Both the position numbers and the translations under genes were made by a program. From Octopus sinensis (taxonomy: Eukaryota), in contig NW_021824025.1 of the NCBI RefSeq assembly GCF_006345805.1, positions 1-20,168 of the forward strand: a DNA stretch of 20,168 nucleotides. Direction: 5' to 3'. Below are positions 8,258 to 19,680 of this stretch, piece after piece (position 1 is the stretch's first letter; the number at the start of each line of letters is the position of its first letter). The notes beneath the pieces are model-generated. The model searched no databases. It was not told the DNA's origin and saw nothing but the letters and a program-made list of their open reading frames with translations.

Positions 8258-9723
8258 TCTTACTATAATGGGCGTTATGTCTGTCTGTCCGTCCATCTGT
8301 CTGTCTTTCTGTTCCCTCTTCACGGTCAAAACGGCTGGACCAAAGGTCACGATGTTTATCGAAATTACGAAGGATGTAATCAGGAAGGTTTTTAGTGAGA
8401 AAAATGTGAAAAACTATGATTATTTGTATTAATAAATATTGAGTTTTGTATTAATAAATAACCTTTGAGTTTTTGTTAAAGTTCCGGCGACGAGAATTAA
8501 CTCTGGATTTCCACCCTTCCCCGTATAGTTCGTGAATTTAGAGGGTTTAGGTTTGCAATACTACACTTTTATTTCCCATCGTAGATGGGCAGATTTGCTT
8601 TCTTACTATAATGGTCATCTCTCTGTCCGTCTGTCCGTCTCTTTGTTCCCTCTTCACCGCCAGACGGCTTGACCAATGGGTACGATATTTTTCGGAATTA
8701 CAAAGACGGTCGTCAGTAAGGTGTTCAGCATTAAACGATCAGAAAGTATGATTATTTTGTGGATATCAATTTTTGAATCGATAAACAACCTTCGCATTTT
8801 TATCAAAAATTCAGCGACCACGAGTAACTATGGATTTTCATCGTATAGTTCGTGGCTCCACCGTAGATACGAAGGGGGTCACGAGCACGGTTAATACGAA
8901 AATAAAATGGAAAAAGTGTATGTCAGTATATGGTGCGTGTGATTATTTAGTGATTATTGAAGTGTGTCAGTCTCGAGTAGGATTCGAAACGGCTAATCGA
9001 AGCGGCTGTTGTTTACATCTCGGTTTTGTCAATCAAAATAACCCATGGTACCAGAACATTGAACAGTGAAAGGTTAGTCTTAGTTTGATTTTTTGCAACT
9101 CTAAACATTCCGCTCGCGCATTCACAGCAAACAAGGCAGATCGTGTAGGTGTATTTTGACATACTCCGATGTTTACACACGGTCGGTTATACGTCGCTAT
9201 GAGTAGAACAACGGAGTCCAGTAATTTGAAAATTAGTGTCGACCAAACGGAAAATATCGTCTACAAAGAAGTTTTGCAATCATATTGATATTATCAAAAG
9301 GAACATGATTCATAATTTAAATAAGGAAATTTGTGAACTTTGTAGTATAATAGTATAAACAAGCGTAAAAATAGTGTAAACAACTAAAATAAAAGCATTT
9401 CTAAATAACATATTTTCCTTAATACTTTTTATGTAGTAGTCGTAGGAAGCTCTGGCTTTCGTTAGGAATGGTCCACATAACCATTCATGATACAGAGGTT
9501 GGGAGCCTATTTCAGTTCAGGAGTGAATAGTCATTACATGTCACTTAGTCGCAAACACATCATATAGCTGCAATAGAATGCTGTATTACCAACAATAACG
9601 GGATTTCTCTAAGACATCGTCCTGTAATCTATCAAGTCCATTTACACATTTCTCAATATATACTGTTGTTATGACTTCTCTCCCTCGTTTTATGCCTCCA
9701 TCGTAGATGGGTAGATTTGCTAG
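8258..9723 (+). mobile_element. Non-autonomous Helitron, two head-to-tail modules (8258-8600 and 8601-9723)
   Basis: A|TC start at 8257/8258; CTAG|T end at 9720-9724 preceded by hairpin CCATC-GTA-GATGG (9698-9710); both modules start TCTTACTATAATGG followed by a (gtct/gtcc)n tract; internal hairpin CCCATC-GTA-GATGGG at 8575-8589; RepHel remnant inside module 2. Confidence 0.9.
9118..9288 (+). pseudogene. Helitron RepHel (Pif1-like SF1 helicase) C-terminal remnant
   Basis: My translation from 9118: AFTANKADRVGVF*HTPMFTHGRLYVAMSRTTESSNLKISVDQTENIVYKEVLQSY*. This matches the known RepHel terminal pattern AFAMTINKSQGQ..DRVG.YL..PVFTHGQLYVALSR...NLKI...T.NIVYKEVL; one in-frame stop (9157-9159) and loss of QGQ. 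Absent from the supplied ORF track. Confidence 0.92.
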
Positions 9724-9751
9724 TATTTAATTCATTCAATAGTCTCATGAA

Positions 9752-9954
9752 GGCAACAAGTCGGAAGAATCGTCAGCACATCAGACAAAATGCTTAGCGG
9801 CATTTATTCTGGTTCTTTACGTTCTGAGTTCAAATTCCATTGAGGTCGATTTTGCATTTTCTTACCCTTTCGGGGTTGCTGACCACTGGGGCGAATGTAA
9901 TCGATTATCCCCTCTCCCACAATATTCAAGGCCTTGTGCCTATAGTAGAAAGTA

Positions 9955-9956
<2 letters not shown>
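9752..9956 (+). mobile_element. SINE family B, tail type B3, diverged, ending in (ATT)n
   Basis: gaatcgtcagcac...aaatgcttagcggcattt...gttctgagttcaaattcc...gaggtcgattttgc; tail ggccttgtgcctatagtagaaag. Confidence 0.8.
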
Positions 9957-10013
<57 letters not shown>

Positions 10014-10047
10014 GTTGTTGTTGTTGTTGGTGTTGTTGTTGTTGTTG

Positions 10048-10090
<43 letters not shown>

Positions 10091-10154
10091 CATTATTATT
10101 ATTATTATTTTCATCATCATCATCATCATCACATCATCATCATCATCATCATCA

Positions 10155-10189
<35 letters not shown>

Positions 10190-10202
10190 TTATATTATTA
10201 TT
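9957..10202. repeat. Compound trinucleotide array (ATT)n(GTT)n(ATT)n(ATC)n(ATT)n
   Basis: Direct reading; a second (ATT)n run at ~10708-10770. Confidence 0.95.
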
Positions 10203-10705
10203 GAGTGAGAGAGCAGTTCATGCCATCAAAGTGACACTGGGGTAAATTATACGAAGCCCAGTATACCCATCATGACTACCCGTCTGATAAGGGTACACCA
10301 GGCACATGCATCACAACCATATGTGCGCGACATGGTGATCCCATATCAAGATAAACAGCACATACCTTGCAGGTGGGGCCCAGTTAGATTTTCTTCAGGT
10401 GAGTAGCCCATCTCGCTCAAACGGTCCCTGAATAAGGGTTGTTTAAGGATGTTGAAGAACCACCCATGTTTCCAGAGGTGAACTATTCAAACCCCAAAGA
10501 ATCCCTCTCAACACATGGCTATGATGCTCCCCCACTACTTCTGCTCGTGATCAGTGATGCACATATCGTCAGCCACTAAGGGACATGCTCAACTGGTTAA
10601 GGTCAAACAACTGACAAGCAAATCTGTGGTGTTGAGCAGAATATTTGCTGTAGCGCATCTTTTATACCAAGACAAAACAATGTACATGATAACACTTCCA
10701 ATCAG

Positions 10706-10707
<2 letters not shown>
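10203..10707 (-). mobile_element. Unclassified ~570-bp (TAA)n-associated element, second copy, flanked by (ATT)n on both sides
   Basis: Inverted copy of 5831-6170 plus ~170 bp of further 3' sequence ending ctctctcactc-aataata on the minus strand. Confidence 0.75.
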
Positions 10708-10770
<63 letters not shown>

Positions 10771-10989
10771 GGCGGCGAGCTGGCAGAAACGTTAGCGCGT
10801 CTGACAAAATGCTTGGTGGCATTTCCTCCGGCTCTTTACTTTCCGAGTTCAGATTTTATCGAGGTCGACTTTGCCTTTCGTTCTTTCGGGATCAATAAAA
10901 AAAGAAAAAAAGTTGGGCACTGGAGTCGACGTAATAATCCTCCTTTCCCTCTTAAGATTGCTGGCGTTGTTCCAAAATTAGAAATAACC
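10771..10989 (+). mobile_element. SINE family B, tail type B2, diverged
   Basis: ggcggcgagctggcagaaacgttagc...gagttcagatt...gaggtcgactttgcctttc...attgctggcgttgttccaaaattagaaa. Confidence 0.8.
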
Positions 10990-11130
10990 TTGTATTAATA
11001 CTTAAACTCTCTGCTATGATGCATTTCATCGTTGATAACCATCGCAGATGGACAGCAACTGTCATGCTCAGATCAAGTCCATCTTGTCCGCCTCTACTGG
11101 GGCCAAAAATGTGCAAAAATGTACTGGATA

Positions 11131-11131
<1 letters not shown>

Positions 11132-11200
<69 letters not shown>

Positions 11201-11240
11201 AGGAGTGAGAGAAGAAGAGAGAGAAGGAGAGAGAGAGAGT
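11132..11240. repeat. (AG)n microsatellite; a (CT)n/(CATT)n-rich tract follows at ~11860-12078
   Basis: Direct reading. Confidence 0.95.
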
Positions 11241-12037
11241 AGAAGATATCCAGACAGTCATACTGCACCTCAAACGATTCGTCACTGATTGTCGTCGTGA
11301 GCAAGATTGTCGTCTAAACATGATATAACAGGGAAGGTAGATTCTGAAGTTCGATCCTCGCTGATGGATTGACTACCCATGTCAATCTACCGTTGGATCA
11401 AGGCTGATGTCCAGGACAACATAAAAACAAGAACAACAAGAACAACGACACGAACGAAGTGGCCATCATATGGTCGCTCGACTTGTTAGACATAGCAGCC
11501 AAATCTTTGTCCCCATACGACATGCTATCTTAAAAGCAGGAAAGGGGTGATCGTCAAGCTCTAAAAAGAGGTGATCGCCAATCGTTGTCATTCATTGCTG
11601 GAATACTTTGATCGTCATAGGTCTACTGGATCAGTTGACCTTGGGCTAAACAAGGACAATAGCATCAACTTCGCGCTCTTTCTTATTTACTCCTATGGGC
11701 AGCTTCTTGTTCCCCTCTTTTTCTATCGTCGAATATATCTGAGTTTCCTTTCTTTTTCACCTTCTTTTATACTAACCACCATCAATTCGCAACCTTTGAC
11801 CTGCTCCCTTCTTATGAAATTGAAACCGCCACACAGTTTATCCTTTACTTGTGACTTCCCCCTCTCTCTCTCCCGCACTCATTCATTCCTTCAATTACTC
11901 ATTCACTCGCTCGCTCACTCATTCATTCATTCACTCAGTCACTCATTCACTCACAACATCTCTCCTCCCCCTCTCTCTATCTCTCTCTCTCTCGCAAACA
12001 TCTGTCTTTCTCTTCCAATCATTCACGTCTCTCCAAC

Positions 12038-12082
<45 letters not shown>

Positions 12083-12085
12083 GTA

Positions 12086-12523
12086 TACTCTCTTTACTCT
12101 CTTTTACTCTTTTACTTGTTTCAGTCATTTTGACTGCGGCCATGCTGGAGGAGCACCGCCCTTTAGTCGAGCAACTAGACCCCGGGACTTATTCTTTGTA
12201 AGCCCAGTACATATTCTGTCGGTCTCTTTTGCCGAACCGCTAAGTGACGAGGACGTAAACACACCAGCATCGGTTGTCAAGCAATGCTAGAGGGACAAAC
12301 ACAGACACACAAACATATACACACACATACATACATATATATATATATATACATATATACGACAGGCTTCTTTCAGTTTCCGTCTACCAAATCCACTCAC
12401 AAGGCATTGGTCGGCCCGGGGCTATAGCAGAAGACGCTTGCCCAAGATGCCACGCAGTGGGACTGAACCCGGAACCATGTGGTTGGTTAGCAAGCTACTA
12501 ACCACACAGCCACTCCTGCGCCT
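12086..12523 (-). mobile_element. SINE family A, full length
   Basis: Minus strand: A box TGGCTGTGTGG (12502-12512), B box GGTTCAGTCC (12460-12469), body, (TA/TG)n tract, tail ending (gagtaaaa)n. Confidence 0.92.
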
Positions 12524-13036
12524 GTATATATACATGCATGTGTGTGTGTGTGTGTGTATGTATGAATCTGTCTATCTGTCTGTTTGTCGATCTGTCTGTC
12601 TGTCTGTCTCTTTCTCGTTACCTTCATGCCCCCAACTTAAGGCCGCGAATTCCCTCGCGTAGTGCCCACCATTCCTTTTCATCTCCGTGGAGGGTCCTCC
12701 AACCATTCAAAAATAGCCTGTTAACTTTCATGCAAAACAGATAACTTCTACTCCACCTCTGTACCTCCTCCTTCCTCATATTCACCCCCCCACGTCTTTT
12801 CACTTCTACTTCTTCCCCCACCTACAGGACTCCTTCTCTTTTATCCCCCTTCTCCACGTATCATCCTCCCCCTCTTTCTGACCCCGCCCATTTCTAGTAA
12901 TCAACCAATCCGTCTCTCTTCATTCATCTTCTAGCCCCTCCCTGTTCGAAACAATTTCATTCATTCATTAATATATTTTATTTATGTTTTTGTGTTAGTT
13001 CTCTCTTGGGTTTCTTTTCTTTCGTAAGATATTCTC

Positions 13037-13289
13037 TGTGTGTGTGTGTGCGTGTGTGTGAGTGTGTGTGAGTGTGTGTGAGTGTGTGTGTGTGAGTTGG
13101 TGTTGTGTGTGCGTGTGTGTGAGTGTGTGTGATGTGTGTGTGTGAGTGTGTGTGTGTGTGTGTGAAGTGTGTGGTGTGTGTGAGTGTGTGTGTGTGTGTG
13201 TGAGTGTGTGGAGTGTGAGTGTATGTGGAGTGTGTGTGAGTGTGTGTGAGTGTGAGTGTGACTGTGTGGTGTGTGTGTGTGTGGAGTGT

Positions 13290-13334
<45 letters not shown>

Positions 13335-14365
13335 TGGTGTGTGATGTGTGTGTGTGTGAGTGTGTGTGTGTGTGTGTGTGTGAGTGTGTGTGAGTGTGTT
13401 GTGTGTGTGTGTGAGTGTAGTGTGTGTGTGTGTGTTGTGTGTGTGAGTGTGTGTATTGTGTGTGTGTGTGGCGTGTGTATGTGAGTGTGTGTTGATGTTT
13501 GTGTGTGTGTGGTGTGTGTGTGTAGTGTGTGGTGTGTGTGTGTGTGTGTTGTGGTGTGTGTGTGTGTGTGCGTGTGTGTGTGTGTGTGTGTGATGTGTGT
13601 GCGTGGTGTGTGTGCGCTGCTGTGGTGTAAGGGCATATGTATAGTGGGCTGTGTGTAGCGGGTGTGACATGTGGGTATGTGCAGGAGTATGTGCGCGTGT
13701 GTGCGGTGCATGGCGGAAAGAGTTGTCGTGCGTGCATACAGACTTGCACGCATAAACACACACATACATACACATACGCACGCGCAAATACGCAAAAACG
13801 TAGGCACACACATGGATATACCTACATGGACACACACACATCCACACACATACATCCACACACATACATCCACACACATACATCCACACACACACACATT
13901 CACACAGCCATACACATCCACACACCCACACGCACACATCCACACACATACATCCACACACATACATCCACACACATACATCCACACACATACATCCACA
14001 CACACACATTCACACAGCCATACACATCCATACAAACATCCACACACCCACACGCACACATCCACACACATATCCACATACATCCACACACACAAATATG
14101 CAAACTCACTCGCAAATACACGCACATACATCCACAAACATACATCCACAAACACACATCCACACACATACATCCACACACATACATCCACACACACACA
14201 CATTCACACAGCCATACACATCCATACAAACATCCACACATCCACATCCACACACATATCCACATACATCCACACGCACAAATATGCAAACTCACTCGCA
14301 AATACACGCACATTCACTCTCTCATACACACACATATACACACCCACCCACCCACGTACAAACAA
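13037..14365. repeat. Degenerate (GT)n block (~13037-13615) and (CA/CATC)n block with higher-order repeats (~13753-14365)
   Basis: Direct reading; source of the long H/T and C/V pseudo-ORFs. Confidence 0.95.
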
Positions 14366-14432
14366 ACAAAGACATAGACAACAGAAGAGTTTCTACTGGT
14401 CAGTTGATCTGCTAGAAGTAGTAACGAAATCA

Positions 14433-14640
14433 TTACTTAACCCTTTCGATGCCAGTGGAGCACAGGCCATCGAAGACCTTTCTCTACTATTCTTAACTCT
14501 GGGTTTCTTGTGGCCTACTCATCCCCCAGGGAGAGTCTTCATCTTCCAGGTTTTGTTGGTCTTGAAATAATGTTTTATCACTATGCTCTTTTAGGAGGTG
14601 GGGGCTGTTGGCCTTGGCCCAATGCAACCCAACGCAAACC
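14433..14640 (-). pseudogene. RTE-clade LINE ORF C-terminal remnant
   Basis: Minus-strand translation ...WG..*RKVFDGLCSTGIERVK* (stop at 14433-14435), with KTWK and a frameshifted RW.WIGH-like patch upstream. This resembles the RTE terminal pattern RWRWIGH...RPK.TWRR...SW....QDR..WR..V.GLCS.G. Several stops and indels. Confidence 0.6.
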
Positions 14641-14690
14641 CATTTTTCCCTTTGAGAAGAAGTGGTTCAATATTAGTCTGGCCTGAAGAT

Positions 14691-14730
14691 GGCAAGCTGG
14701 CAGAATTTTTAGCAAATGTTTAGCGGGTAT
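14691..14730 (+). mobile_element. SINE family B head fragment, degraded
   Basis: ggcaagctggcagaatttttagcaaatgtttagcgggtat. Confidence 0.55.
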
Positions 14731-14846
14731 ACTCTCCTTACTCTTTTACTCGTTTCAGTCATGTGACTGTGGCCATGCTGGAGCACCGCCCTTAGTCGAA
14801 TCAAATCGACCCCAGGACTTATTCTTTGTAAGCCTAGTACTTATTC
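14730..14846 (-). mobile_element. SINE family A, 3' tail fragment
   Basis: tactctccttactcttttactcgtttcagtc...gcctagtacttattc. Confidence 0.9.
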
Positions 14847-15339
14847 ACTATCACCTGACACACGCTTTTCTTCTTCGAAATTAGGGTATGATTTAAGAGA
14901 GATTTAGTTTCTGTTTCTAGCAGATCGACAGACTACGCGGAGACTTCCTTTCTGGTTGTGCCTCTATTGGACAGCCACCCTATTGTCAATATTGTGTCTC
15001 GGGCCTGAAGATAGCTCAAGATTCATCACGTGATACCGTGTTCCTTCGACAGCAGCGTCCAAAAAGCGGTTTCTTTTACTGTTTCCATCCAGCCCTGCCA
15101 GTCTCGCAGATTTTTTTTTTTTTTACCAAAAGTAATGGGAACTGTCTTTCTTTCCTTATGCTGATTCCCTTGTTCATGTGCATATGTGTGTGTGTGTGTG
15201 TGTGGTGTGGTGTGCGTGTGTGTGTGTGTGTGGTGACACCATTCATTCTCACATCTGAAATAACATTGCTTCTAATTTCTTATTTTTTAAGTGACAAGTG
15301 TTTTGTAAGTTTTGTAACAATGAGTTCGAATACCCCCCT

Positions 15340-15815
<476 letters not shown>

Positions 15816-15862
15816 CTTGTTTGTCCCATCTATGTTTAGCCCCCTGTAGACAATAAAGAAAT
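15816..15862 (+). mobile_element. Isolated B1/Tx1-type 3' tail
   Basis: cttgtttgtcccatctatgtttagccccctgtagacaataaagaaat. Confidence 0.75.
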
Positions 15863-15863
15863 G

Positions 15864-16061
15864 AGAATCGTTAGCACACTGGACGAAATGCTTAGAGGTA
15901 TTTCGCCCGTCGCAACGTTCTGAGTTCAAATTCCTCTGAAGTCAACTTTGCCTTTCATCCTTTCAGGATCAATAAATTAAGTACCAGTTGCATACTGAGA
16001 TCCATCTAATCGACTGGCCCGCTTCCCCAAACATTTCGAGCCTTGCGCTTAAAGCAGAAAG
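15864..16061 (+). mobile_element. SINE family B, tail type B3, slightly 5'-truncated
   Basis: agaatcgttagcac...gttctgagttcaaattcc...ctttgcctttcatcctttcaggatcaataaattaagtaccag...gagccttgcgcttaaagcagaaag. Confidence 0.8.
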
Positions 16062-16100
16062 CAATAATATAAACATCTATAAATGCATAAATAATAATAA

Positions 16101-16552
16101 ACAATGGTTACAAATTTTGCTACAAGGGCAGTAATTTGGGGGGAGGGGATGAGTCAATTACATCAACCCCAGTTTTCAACTGGTACTTATTTTTATCGAC
16201 CCCAAAACCCAAAAGGACGAAAAGCAAAGTCGACCTCGGAGCGAGCTGGCAGAATCGTTAGCACGCTGGGCGAAATGCGTAGCCGTATTTCGTCTGTCGT
16301 TACGTTCTGAGTTCAAATTCCGCCGAGGTCGACTTTGCTTTTCATCCTTTCGGGGTCGGTAAATTAAGTACCAGTTACGCACTGGGGTCGATGTAATTGA
16401 CTTAATTACCTATGTCTGTCCTTGTTTGTCCCCTCTATGTTTAGCCCCTTGTGGGTAATAAAGAAATAGGTAATTGAACCTAGAACGGAGTGACGGACAA
16501 AATGCCACTAAGCATTTTAACCGGCGCGCTAACGATTCCGGCAGCTAGGCGC
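16101..16552 (-). mobile_element. SINE family B (B2 tail), split into 16101-16239 and 16469-16552
   Basis: Left piece ends gcaaagtcgacctcgg; right piece resumes ggtaattgaacctagaacg...ctaagcattttaaccggcgcgctaacgattccggcagct. Confidence 0.8.
16241..16468 (+). mobile_element. SINE B1, full length, inserted into an older B copy in opposite orientation
   Basis: gcgagctggcagaatcgttagcacg...gagttcaaattccgccgaggtcgac...gtgggtaataaagaaata. Confidence 0.92.
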
Positions 16553-16769
16553 ATGTGTAACATAGATATATCAATAATAATATAAATATCTATAAATACA
16601 TAAACAATAATAATAAATAATAGATGTAAAGATAATATTATATAAATATAATTAATATATGAATAATATACATTAATAATATAAATAGTATAAAACAATT
16701 CCAAGGAATTTGTTACAAATTAATGGAAATTGTGTTATTTCGTACGAAGATTGTTGGCAAGGATATTAT

Positions 16770-18262
<1,493 letters not shown>

Positions 18263-18265
18263 ACA

Positions 18266-18756
18266 GTTAGTACCCTCCGGGCCATGGTGAAAGAATGTGT
18301 GTGGTGGACTCGAGCGAAAGGTTTAGAGACTAACACTTTCCTCTCTGGCCAATCACTCATCAACTTTTTCAAGTACCACTTGAAAAGGAAGGTGAGAATA
18401 GAGAGGCAAGTTTTGTCTCGTGAAAGATTCAAGAAAAGGTGGGTGAATGTATTAAAGATGGTACGCGCGAATGATGAAACCACTTTGAGCCTTAGCTCTC
18501 ATATGTTTTTTCCCTCCGTGCCTGAGGTTACCGTGGTCTTTTCCGTAAGCTTTTCTTTCCACGGATAAATCTAAACTTTTTTTTTGCATTTATGATATTT
18601 TCTGTGATACACGATCCCTTTTGATCCTTTTTTTTTTCTTTAACACGATCCCTTTTGTTCGGAATTTTATTTTTCTCCTTTTCCTTTTCGAAAAGAAAAA
18701 CTCTGCATTGTATTTTGTCCCCTCTGTGTTCGGCCCTGTGTGGCTAATAAAGAAAC
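18266..18756 (+). mobile_element. 5'-truncated L1/Tx1-type LINE: ORF2 C-terminus (18266 to ~18495) and T-rich 3' UTR
   Basis: Supplied ORF 18179..18568 contains non-repetitive VSTLRAMVKECVWWTRAKGLETNTFLSGQSLINFFKYHLKRKVRIERQVLSRERFKKRWV, fitting the L1/Tx1 terminal pattern K..(I/V)W..R....F...L..R...E......F...W; the UTR ends ...ggctaataaagaaac. Clade assignment is by motif recall. Confidence 0.72.
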
Positions 18757-19113
18757 TTATTTAAGATCTGTGTTAGAATGGTGTTGTTCTTGTAGTTACT
18801 GACCTATAAGTTTGAATTTCTGTTTCATTATGATTTCGCTCAACGGCCTTGTGTTGGTTCTCTTCAGAATATCTTAATTGGCTATGTGGTCGTACCAGTA
18901 TTTTTTGAGAATCCTTTCTCAGGCATCATCAGTAGAGTACATCTAGTTTTCTTTCGATTTTCACGCTGCTCTTCCACGTCTCGCAACCCCCGATAAAAGA
19001 CGTTAAATTTCGTTAGTGTACCTTATGCAATATAAGCAAGTTGCTTCACTGCAACCTGTACAACACAACTGGGCTGGGCCGCTGCACCGTGTATAATTTT
19101 ACATAATGTAGTT

Positions 19114-19398
19114 GAGGCGCATGTCTCAGTGGTTAGAACGTCGGGCTTACAATCATGAGGTAGTGAGTTCGATTCCCGGACCGGGCTGTATTGTGTTCTT
19201 GAGAAAGATACTTTATTTCACGTTGATCCAGTTCACTCAGCTGCAGAATTGAGTTGCGACATCACTGGTGCCAAGATGTATCGGACTTTGCCTTTCCCTT
19301 GGATAACATTGGTGGCATAGAGCGGAGAGGCTGGTATGCGTAGATGACTTGTCCGGACTTGTGCCTCGGTACAATCCCTTGGTCATTCATGGCCGAAG
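19114..19398 (+). mobile_element. SINE family C (tail type C2)
   Basis: A-box-like TGTCTCAGTGG (19122-19132), B box GAGTTCGATTCC (19165-19176), body gtgttcttgagaaagatactttatttcacgttgatccagttcactcagctg shared with the copy at 1546-2046. Confidence 0.85.
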
Positions 19399-19547
19399 TT
19401 GGGTGGGTCTTTAGCCGGTCAAGCTGTAACGTAGCACCCCAAACGACACGATATGACTAAGACACTGCACTCGATGCAACATGGTAAAGACCTGTGCAAC
19501 ACGGTCGGACTGTAGCAGTGGTCAGATTGTAGCATCACAGTCTGTAC

Positions 19548-19680
19548 CAGCAGTTCTCAAGCATCATGCGGCCCTCAAGCATCATTTCGGCGGCCCTCGG
19601 CGATCTTCTCTATATAAATATAATAAATTTTTCTTGAATTGAATTGTTTTACGTTTTCTTTTTGATGCGGCCCCCTTAAA
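19548..19680. mobile_element. Possible left end of a hAT-type MITE
   Basis: Starts CAGCAGTTCTCAA and carries repeated GCGGCCC(T/C)C motifs like hAT subterminal repeats; no right TIR or TSD found. Confidence 0.3.

Noticed and set aside
11039-11051. CCATC-GCA-GATGG hairpin similar to the Helitron terminator
   Set aside because: Not followed by CTRR at the expected distance, and no matching 5' end; may be chance.
11367-11387. Hairpin GATTGAC-tacccat-GTCAATC
   Set aside because: A 7-bp stem is expected by chance in 20 kb; no supporting context.
11468-14945. Possible further dispersed repeat (tcga(c/t)(c/t)tg(c/t)taga...aaatct) at ~11468 (+), ~14398 (+) and ~14880-14940 (-)
   Set aside because: Matches are too short and diverged to define boundaries or a class by eye.
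18907-18932. Minus-strand CTGATGA-tgcctga-GAAA-ggattc-TC, resembling a minimal hammerhead ribozyme core
   Set aside because: Stem I cannot form (ctcta upstream versus an A-run downstream) and stem II has no proper closing stem. Other CTGA(N)GA hits (1525, 2008, 14683, 15005) lack a placed GAAA.
19114-19180. Genuine tRNA genes here or at the heads of families A and B
   Set aside because: A and B boxes are present but there is no complete cloverleaf, and each continues into a shared SINE body.
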